From: Octopus bimaculoides
Lineage: Eukaryota
Length of the DNA stretch: 64,000 bases
Reading direction: 5' to 3'
Assembly: GCF_001194135.2 (NCBI RefSeq)
Contig: NC_068993.1
Location: forward strand, 2,637,683-2,701,682
The translations under genes and the position numbers were made by a program. The notes under the pieces are model-generated. The model worked only from the letters and a program-made list of their open reading frames with translations, was not told where the DNA came from and did not search any database. This document shows, piece after piece, positions 54,835-64,000 of this stretch. The stretch's first letter is position 1, and each line of letters starts with the position of its first letter.

Positions 54835-55060
54835 GGGTTCCAACCCAGGCTGCCACAACGAAGTCTACCCGCCACATTTCTCAGTCCATCATAACTGTCT
54901 TGAAGTCCTGGATACAATCCACGCCAGTGTCTACAATCAAGTTGTCGAGGTAAGCATGACAATGTTTTCCTCTTCTTACATCACAATGAAGGGCCTTTAT
55001 TATGTCCCCTAATATGGATGCTTCCAGTTCAGGGTGGCACTCGCAGTGACCAGATAGTTG
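54835..55060 (-). mobile_element. RTE/RTEX-like LINE 3' end, decayed
   Basis: HPELEASILG..RRGKHCHAYLDNLIVDTGVDCIQDFKTVMMD*EMWR resembles HPE..S..ILW.P..G..RGRP..TY.D.L..DTG....L.T.M.DR..WR. Confidence 0.65.
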
Positions 55061-55480
55061 CAGCCATCATTTTATCAGTAAAACTGCAGAATATAGTAAA
55101 CTGAAATAGTTATACACGAATACATTGATAATAGATGAATAATTTATTAGTAACTCAATTAGAAATGTAATTAGTCACATAAATAATATTACTATAATGA
55201 TATATCAATCATTATTAGCAATATGCATGGAAAATCCAAAAATATTTCCAAAGCCATAAAATTTATCAGCACTTTTACATATTAATTGCAGCAACTTCAG
55301 TTAACTGAGAATATCTAAGCATTTAGTACACACAACCTCCCATTATGGATGGTTAGGGTACACAAACAACCAGCGAGGCAGATTTGATCAGACAGTCTTC
55401 ACACTCCATCAGTTTCACCCATTTTATATCAACAAGGGAGTCAGGTCTCTGCTGTTTTATACATTATACATATCATTGGT

Positions 55481-55514
<34 letters not shown>

Positions 55515-56344
55515 GGTTTAGTGATGCAAACAAGAAAAATAGGGGTCAAAGCATGGGTATATATATGTTTTTATTCATAGGCACAGGAGAGGCTGTGTGG
55601 TAAGTAGCTTGCTTACCAACAACGATGACGATGATGATGATGTTAGTATGATATACATTTACAGTGACCTATGGAAACCCTACACAATGCCTGCACACAA
55701 ATACACACATATACTCTTTGACTGTGTCTGCATTTAGAATTTATGCATCTATATTCATGAACCATTTTCATTCTTTTACAATTCTTTACCATCATTCAAC
55801 TGTTTGGTTGTGTTCATAGCTTTAAATACTTACAAAATCAGATGAAATTCTCTTTCTATGTATATATGTCTATTTATTCTTTTAAAGTACATAACCTGAT
55901 AAACATCAGTCAGTGTACAATGTGTAAAGCAATGCTTTTATTATATATATATATATATATATNNNNNNNNNNNNNNNNNNNNNNNNNNNNNNNNNNNNNN
56001 NNNNNNNNNNNNNNNNNNNNNNNNNNNNNNNNNNNNNNNNNNNNNNNNNNNNNNNNNNNNNNNNNNNNNNNNNNNNNNNNNNNNNNNNNNNNNNNNNNNN
56101 NNNNNNNNNNNNNNNNNNNNNNNNNNNNNNNNNNNNNNNNNNNNNNNNNNNNNNNNNNNNNNNNNNNNNNNNNNNNNNNNNNNNNNNNNNNNNNNNNNNN
56201 NNNNNNNNNNNNNNNNNNNNNNNNNNNNNNNNNNNNNATATATATATAGATTGATAGATAGATAAATAGATATAAAGATAGATTGATAAACAGATAATAT
56301 ATATATATATATAGATAGATAGATAGATAGATACATACATACCA

Positions 56345-56377
<33 letters not shown>

Positions 56378-57105
56378 CTTATATGGGAGAATGTACGAAA
56401 AAACAACAACAGACGAGGACAGGTGGTGTAAATAACAAAAGGATGTATTAGTATGACGAGATAGATATACACTTGTACACCAACACATTGATACATATAA
56501 CACACATATGTACGGTATATATATGTCTGTAGGTATATAAGGTGATATATGTGTTTGTAAGTATTCATATATGGGGATATCTATGCACATTTGTGTTTGT
56601 GTGTGTGAGAGTGTGCCTGTATATGTAAGCATATACATATGGCATTTCAAAGACAATGGTTTCTTTAATTACAGAATCAGATCAGATACCAAATCTTCAA
56701 TGAATATTGTAACTGTTTTGATATTTCAAACATATCCGATATGGCACATCCTTCCAAGTACATTCCACTCTTTGAACTGCTTGTACTACTATTTCTCGTT
56801 TCTGAATGTCATTAATGTCCTTGTTTTATTCTATTACAGAATAGAATGGTTCTTTGATTTACTTAGTTTTAAATGATCAAAGAACTGCATCTTCAAGACA
56901 ATAAAGTATAAGATGGTACTTTGGAATAATTATTTATTTTCTATCAGACAAAATTCTAATGGATTGAAAGCACTGTTATGGATCAGCAAATTTTGTTCCA
57001 GGTGAGTGATTCTTCAGATTAACTGATTGACTTGTAAGTGGAATTTGGTAATCAGAAACTGTATGCAGAAATGGGCAATACATTAAATTTACCTCTGAAT
57101 GTGTG

Positions 57106-57139
<34 letters not shown>

Positions 57140-57177
57140 CATGTGTGTGCATGCGTGTGTATGTGTNNNNNNNNNNT

Positions 57178-57226
<49 letters not shown>

Positions 57227-57507
57227 CATGTGTATGTATGTATGTATGTATTTATATCTTCATTCTCATCCTTTTACTATCAACTTACGATATTTGCATT
57301 GGTTGGACAGAGATCGTTTCAGCAGATTGTCCGTGGCCTGATGCTCTTCCTGTTGTCAAACCTCACCTGTTTCCAAGGGAGATAATATTTTCCCTTGGCT
57401 GGAAATGTTTTCATAGAAGATGCATGACAGAAGCATTATAGATAACAATTGCGTGATACCAAGCCACGAAGATACAAAGACATACACACAAAACACAGAT
57501 ACACATG

Positions 57508-57538
<31 letters not shown>

Positions 57539-57589
57539 ACACACACACATGTACACATACATGTTAAAATTGTTTCAGTTTCTGCCAGC

Positions 57590-57715
57590 CTGACCCAGTC
57601 ACATGGCTTTGGTTAGCTTTGTGCTATGTTAGAAGACACTTACTCAAGATGCCCATGCAGTGGGATTGAACCAGAAATGATGTGGTTTGGAAGTGAACTT
57701 CTTAAACACCCGCCC
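57590..57715 (-). mobile_element. Family B tRNA-SINE, diverged
   Basis: ggctttggt..agaagacacttactcaagatgcccatgcagtgggattgaacc. Confidence 0.7.
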
Positions 57716-58821
57716 CCCACACACACACTCACTCATTGCCATCTTCATAATTTTACATTTATTGTTTCATGCTTGCATGGGTTGGATAGATCTTCCAATA
57801 TCTGTTGCATGTCTTTTACATTACTTGATGTCCATCCTCTCACCAACCACTTTACAACATAAACTCATATTATCTCTCTATTTTCTTTCTGAATTCACAT
57901 TTATTATTAATTTTGTTTTTTTTCCAATCAATCATACACACGTCGTTATCTCCACCAAGTTGAGACACATTCTATATTACAACACCTGTACTAAGTCCTA
58001 CTTCTACAATTAATTACACTGCAGAAAGAAAGCAACAATCAACTTGAGAACTAAGATACCACTAAAAGGACTCAGTCCTTCTGTTTCGCTCTTCCGCTCA
58101 CATTTTTATATTATAGACTGTCAGATGCTAGCTTTCCTATGATTCAATGCATAATAAAAAAAGTACTGTATCCGACTGAAGTAATGTAACATCAAACTGG
58201 GAAGTAAGCAGACAGTAACCATTTCTCATCTCAGTGGAAAAAATAAATAAATAATGGCATAAAGTAAAAGACAAAAAAAACTTTTATTTCTAATAAATTT
58301 TGGTTCTGGAAGAAGAAATGAAGCTGCTACAAAATAAAGATCTATGAGTCTATGTCTTTCTTCTTACTTTCTCACTCTCCCATTCTTTCCCTCTCCTCCC
58401 CCCCTCACTCTGTATTTGTGTGTGTGTATGTGTGTATATATATATATCATTACACATACGTGGACATATAATATTATACATATATATATATATATGTACC
58501 ATTACACACATGCATACATAGTGTGTATATATGTTCTTTTAACCCTTACTAGCATAGAGGCATGTATGTAAAATGAATGAATGTACATACACACAAAGAC
58601 ACACAAACACACACACACACACACATAAACACACACACATACACAAAGGCACTGCATACATATTTCTCCTTATACATGTGTGTGTGTGTGCATACACATG
58701 TAGATAGATAGACAGATAGACAGACCAAGTTATGTTGAAATGTGGTAATAGTAACACAAAACATTAAGCAAAATTTCAGTAGTTTCAAATGATATTACTA
58801 ATTTTAATTATGCATGTTTAC

Positions 58822-58973
58822 TGCCAAATCCCATTTGGTCAGCTGCATTAACAAATGTTTCAAATATCATTTTCATGGGTTGTGTACTGACATCAGTCGG
58901 CATATTCATTAACGTTTGTAGAGGAATTGTATTTCTCAGAGTTAATGGGGAGCTAATTTTTTTGACCACATCT
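58822..58973 (-). CDS. Candidate coding exon, product unknown
   Basis: 152-nt AG..GT-bounded open frame, DVVKKISSPLTLRNTIPLQTLMNMPTDVSTQPMKMIFETFVNAADQMGFG, in non-repetitive sequence. No family recognised. Confidence 0.2.
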
Positions 58974-60093
58974 CTACACACAAAATCTTTTGTTCTTTGC
59001 ATGCACAGCCCTGGCAGGCCCACTTAATGGCCATATTTCCCTCTGGAACTTCTTTTCTTAACACTTTTATGAAGAGTCAAAAATATCAGGACAAATCAAA
59101 TATTGTAAGGATGACATTTCCATATCTTTATATTTGATATATATAGAATACAAAAAAAATGGGACAAGAATGCAAAACATCCAGACAGATGATACAAAAA
59201 AGGGGCAAGAAAAAACAAGGACAGGACATTTGGAGTTTTCTTTCGTCAGTCAAGTTCCTGATTATCTGTGCAGTTTCAGGTGGTTATACTTGAGACTGCT
59301 CCAATCTGGCCAGCCCCAAGGAAAATCTAAGCTAAGAGCACTAGATTCTTTGGAAGAAAGCAGCAAATATATATGAAAGCAAGGACGGGAAAAACACAGA
59401 GAAATGGTAGACACAGACCAGGCACACGTGCTATCAGTAATTACTCAGGGTAGACAGGTGGGGACATTTATGAAGTAAAATACACAAAAAGATAAGTGCA
59501 ACACAGGTGCATAAGTAGGGTGTAGGCAGATTTACTTCAGCCTTTATAAGGTGCAAACAAAACATTGTTGTAGGAATGTACACAGCTTTTGTACTTCAGC
59601 AGTTCTATGCGTAACTTTAATACTGAGATTGAAAAGCTGGGGCAAATTATGCCTACCTAATCTACAAAAAAATAAAATATTTTCCATTTTATGCAAAATA
59701 ATCAGAGTAACCTTCATAATTTTATTGAATTAGGTGCATATTTTGCCATAAAAGGAAAATCGATCTATTTTATTCAGGGTAGATACTGCCTACCTTACCT
59801 AACCAGGTAGGGTGTGTGTGTGTGTGTACGTGCATGCATATATGCAGAAACTCATGCACACACATATATCCATCCCACATATTTTTCTATGTACACGCAT
59901 ACATACATGTATGTGTGTGTGTGTGTGCGTGCGTGTGTGTGTGTACGTGGGTGTGTGTAATATATACATATATACAAAAATAGATAGGTGATTAGATAGA
60001 TACATATAGAGAGCAAGAAAGAGAAAGAGTCAGAGAGAAAAATGGGTGATAAACAGATAGATAATATATAAATATGTAGATATAGAGAGAAAG

Positions 60094-60140
<47 letters not shown>

Positions 60141-60317
60141 AGAAGGAGAGTGCAAAGCAAGTGAATCTATGCAGACAGTCAGTCTAACCGAATTGCTTCA
60201 TTAGTCATTGCATCGTTAATCGTTTAGAAAACTCCTTCCTTCCAACAGTTTTTTATTCTCCCAAATTATCATTTGACCATAGATATCAGGTTAATCTGGT
60301 TTATTCTACAACAATAG

Positions 60318-60452
60318 ACATTTACTCTCTTTCTACGAGACTCGTATGCAAATGTGGCTTGGAATATCATTCCGGTCATCTTTTATCTCTTTCTTCTTCA
60401 CTTCACTTTACAAATGTGCTGCTCCGTCATGGCCGTTGCCATCATGGCTAAG
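60318..60452 (+). CDS. Candidate exon or first coding exon, product unknown
   Basis: Donor AAG|GTAAAT at 60452/60453. Eight CpGs in about 260 bp. ATGs in good context at 60429 and 60444 (gccatcATGG) give MAVAIMAK before the donor. Two frames are open over the 135 nt from the AG at 60316-60317. Confidence 0.3.
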
Positions 60453-60817
60453 GTAAATCAAAGACAAAGGATTGATTTTTATTTTTTAAGCCAAGGCATA
60501 ATGTTCTTTTGTTGTTGTAATTGTTGTTTGTGTTGTTTAGCCCCAGATAAAACCTTAATCAAACAGATCTATGCTCAAACAAATTTCTGCCATGGCTCTT
60601 TTACAGACATCTGGGCCTACACCGAAACAACGAATTTCTGGAACTGTTGGATAGAAAGCCTTACAATATTTATACAAAGACTTTCTGGTCTGAGTTCAAA
60701 TCATACCTTGCGAGGTTAAATTTATTTTTCCTCTGAATCAACAAAATACCAGTGAAGTTCTGGTGGTAACTCTTTTCCTTCTTTCTTCCTTCCTTCCTTT
60801 CTTTCTTTTCCCCACCT

Positions 60818-60869
<52 letters not shown>

Positions 60870-62034
60870 TCTCTCTGTGATCTTAGAATAGCTAACAAGA
60901 TAATATCTTGCAAAAGATAACTAAATGCAGACAAACCAAACACTGCTTGTAATGCTAAAATTGTTCCTTTCATATCTTATTCTTCAATTTATGCCACAAT
61001 GACATTTCGTTGTCATCACAATGATAGTCACCATCATTTTATGGCCACCTTTGATGTTATCATGCATTGGTTGGACGATTCCACAGAATTCCATGAGTTA
61101 GAGGATCATGTGAAGCTCCAGTGTCTTATTTTTGGAACATGGTTTCTATGGCTGAATGACCTTCCCGACATCAACCACTTCACAGGGTATTACTGGTTAC
61201 ATTGTTTTTTTTAAAACCAATTTATTGTTGGCTGCCAAAAAAACAAAAAAAAAACAAGAAACAAATGATAAAATGCTAAAATGTACGTTGACAGAAATTG
61301 AACTCAGCGCCAAGGAGACTTAAACACCATTCTTTCTACACACCATAAATCCTCGCACTATGGTTTGTATTCTTAAAGTTGTATATTTATAAAACACTTT
61401 ATAAGTCACTTTATAATTGTCTCTGTTTCTTTCTCTTTCCAAACCATTTTCTTCTTCTAGCTTAAATGAAATAACATGTCTAACTGTTTGCAACAAATCA
61501 AATTTCCACTCTTTGATACAAGGATTGTGTTTTTATTTTCCAAAGTAATTAAGAGTTTGTTCTTGTACTGAAGTCACTATTGTCACATATTCTGATTAGA
61601 TTTGTCTCAAAGCAATTCTTGCAAAGAGAAATCAAAGACTGTAATCTGCCTGCAATAGCACAGAAAAGGCAGCAATAATTTCATGCTTTATAAATAATAT
61701 TGCGTAACTTCATTGCTTTACTTTTGGTTGTCTTTTTTTCTTTTATTACTTGACATAAGTACAGTTAAGTTGTAAAGCAGTTCACTTTTGAATCTCAAGG
61801 TGTCAGGCTCAAATCCACAGCACAGCATTTTTGTCAAGAGTCTTTTATGGTAATCTTGCTTTCATTTAATCTTTGTGAGTGAAATTGGACAAAAGGAAAT
61901 TCTGTGATGAAAGATCAGTAATTTAAACATCTTGCATTGTAACAGACGATGCCACACTTACTTGCTCAAATATGGAGGTTTGGGCCATATAAGTCAACTC
62001 CCTTAGCTTAGCTAATATTGGCTTACCTCAACCC

Positions 62035-62175
62035 CAGCATTCAAATGGTACTTATTCTATTGGCCCCAACAGGATGATAGGCAAAGTCGACCCTAGTAGC
62101 ATTTGAACTCAGTACGTAAAGTCAGAAAAAATGCTGCTAAGCTCTTTGACCAGCATGGTGATGATTCTGCCAGCT
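62035..62175 (-). mobile_element. Family A SINE
   Basis: ggtacttatt..ggatgataggcaaagtcgaccctagtagcatttgaactcag. Confidence 0.8.
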
Positions 62176-62582
62176 AATTCCCTGTTCCTTAGCTAATAAT
62201 ATTCTTAAATTATTCCAATGTTTACCAATTTCTTCTTAAGAATCCATAAAACACTTCTTGTACAAGTTGTATAAACTTGACATCAAGTCAGTCAATTAAC
62301 TTCGTTAGTCCAGTCTGACAAGAAACATCTTAGGACTAACACACAACTAATTACTTACTTAGTTAAAATTTACTTATTTTTAAATTTATTTCTAAAAAAA
62401 TAATTTGTTATTTTCTTGCAAATATATTTTTGGTAATTTATCTAATTAACTTCATTTAACTCTAAAAAGCAATTAAACTGTAGTTGGAAACAAAATAGAT
62501 AAATGGAGATGATGAAGATGACAGGAGAAAGAGGGGGAATATGATGATGATGATGATGATGATTATGATGATAATGATGATG

Positions 62583-62641
<59 letters not shown>

Positions 62642-62694
62642 TCTACTACTACTACAACTACTACTACAAATAATCCTATTTGCTGGAAACACAA

Positions 62695-62880
62695 GGCTTC
62701 ATATTTGGTGGAAGGGATTAAGTTGATTACATCGACCTCAGTGCATAACTGGTACTTATTTTATTAACCCCAAAAGGATGAAAGACAAGGTTGACCTTAG
62801 CAGCATTTGAACTCAGAAAGGAGAGCCAAACAAAAATGCCACTATGTGTTTTATCAAGAGTGATAACAAGTCTGCCAGCG
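62695..62880 (-). mobile_element. Family A SINE
   Basis: gattacatcgacctcagtgcataactggtacttattt..ggatgaaagacaaggttgacc..atttgaactcag. Confidence 0.85.
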
Positions 62881-62950
62881 TGACATCTTAATGAGAACCA
62901 TAATAATAATATTAATAATAATAATAATAATAATAATGATGATAATAATA

Positions 62951-63060
62951 ACAAGAGCACTCAGAGAGCGTAAACCTCTACCAAGGCAACACCAATGTCC
63001 TCTCAATGATTAGTCAGAGATGATTTTTAAAATGAGAATATCTGAAATAAACTCGACTGC
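62951..63060. mobile_element. Terminal fragment of the HINE-like element
   Basis: Aligns with the reverse complement of 23640-23756. Confidence 0.65.
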
Positions 63061-63382
63061 AGGTCTCCCAGAATGTTCCTCATTATCAACATTTCTTTGA
63101 CTCATACACTTCTCTCCATACACTTTCTACAATTTTACATTGGCTTCTGAGCAGAGACCGCCAAGCTTTGGGCAAAATTTGATGCAAGTTCATGGTCAAT
63201 GTGATGACCACACGCTACACACGTTCCTTCCAAGCACTGCTGTAAACAGCGGAAGTGAGCTAGAATGTTAAAACTTAGTGCACATGCACAGCAGACTTCA
63301 ACGTCAACTTATGCTATGCGGCTTCACTCTGTGTGCTTTAGCTTTGTTACTATGGCAACAGTTCAGATACTTATTGATCAGA
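63061..63382 (-). mobile_element. Mariner 5' fragment (leader plus transposase HTH remnant)
   Basis: Minus strand CIKFCPKLGGLCSEANVKL*KVYGEKCMSQRNVDNEEHSGRP resembles the mariner N-terminus (ICIKFC.KLG....ET...L...YGE..MS ... D.ERSGRP) with an internal deletion. Cut by the N-gap at 63383. Confidence 0.85.
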
Positions 63383-63622
63383 NNNNNNNNNNATATAATT
63401 TATTGATCTAGAAGTATGTGAGGCAAAGTAAAAGTAGGCAAGATTTGATCTCAGAATATAATGATCCACATAGACGGATGTTCTAACACTTTCACCAATC
63501 CACTGCCTCTTATAGAGAAAACGGTTATCTTAATAACTAATCAATGCTTGTCTTCACTTTATCACTGTTCTTTTCTTTTCTTTTTTTTTTTTGAAACATT
63601 AGATTCTATTTGAATATTGATG

Positions 63623-63671
<49 letters not shown>

Positions 63672-64000
63672 CGATGATGATTGAATAACATTCTGGTGTA
63701 TATTACTGATCATGTTTTCCTTTTACATTATTTCTAAAGTTAGTGCTGTTAGTGGCAAAGTATACACACATACACACGTGCATACACACACACATACATA
63801 TGTATATTTATATGTGTATGTTTACATAGAAATATATATATTAATGTTTCAATATTAACATACATGCATATATTTATATATGTATGTATATATATATATA
63901 CATATACATACATATATATGTATGTACGTATATATGTATATTTATACACCTATATCTCTCACTCTTTCTCTCTTTATATATATATATATATATATATATA

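Noticed and set aside
56650-56900. Possible Harbinger/ISL2EU transposase remnant (QFKEWNVLGRMCH)
   Set aside because: Similarity is too weak to call without a profile search.
59130-59560. Repeat-like GC-richer segment with CUGACGA on the minus strand
   Set aside because: No GAAA core in register and no second copy in the window.
60455-60719. 3' part of the 121-aa ORF
   Set aside because: Runs through a (GTT)n-led repeat and a degenerate family A SINE; likely intron.
1-64000. ORFs rich in YI, CV, HT, LS, RE, poly-I/L/Y/M or X
   Set aside because: Translations of di-, tri- and tetranucleotide microsatellites or N-gaps.
1-64000. CRISPR array, operon or other prokaryotic or phage system
   Set aside because: No constant repeats with unique regular spacers and no long ORFs. 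The recurring motif is an irregularly spaced SINE core on both strands.

Overview
AT-rich eukaryotic, non-genic-looking scaffold DNA from a gapped draft assembly (17 N-gaps, nearly all at microsatellites). The repeat families and the extreme (TA)n/(CA)n/(GAT)n/(TAA)n load suggest an octopus or other coleoid cephalopod; this is inferred from remembered repeat consensus sequences, not from a search. No protein-coding gene, rRNA, true tRNA or CRISPR array can be confidently called. Nearly all listed ORFs are microsatellite translations, N-runs or decayed transposons. Supported content: about 20 copies of a tRNA-headed Meta-like SINE, a second tRNA-SINE family, an RTE-tailed short repeat, and 3' fragments of HERO, RTE and Penelope retroelements. 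Also present are mariner fragments and MITEs, a TTAA-type MITE and a Helentron-associated-like (HINE) element. The most interesting hidden layer is self-cleaving RNA motifs: at least six type I hammerhead-like folds. One overlaps a Penelope stop codon and one sits inside a tRNA-headed SINE-like element. A three-copy repeat also carries a possible 3' half of an HDV-like ribozyme. A few low-confidence exon candidates are noted.
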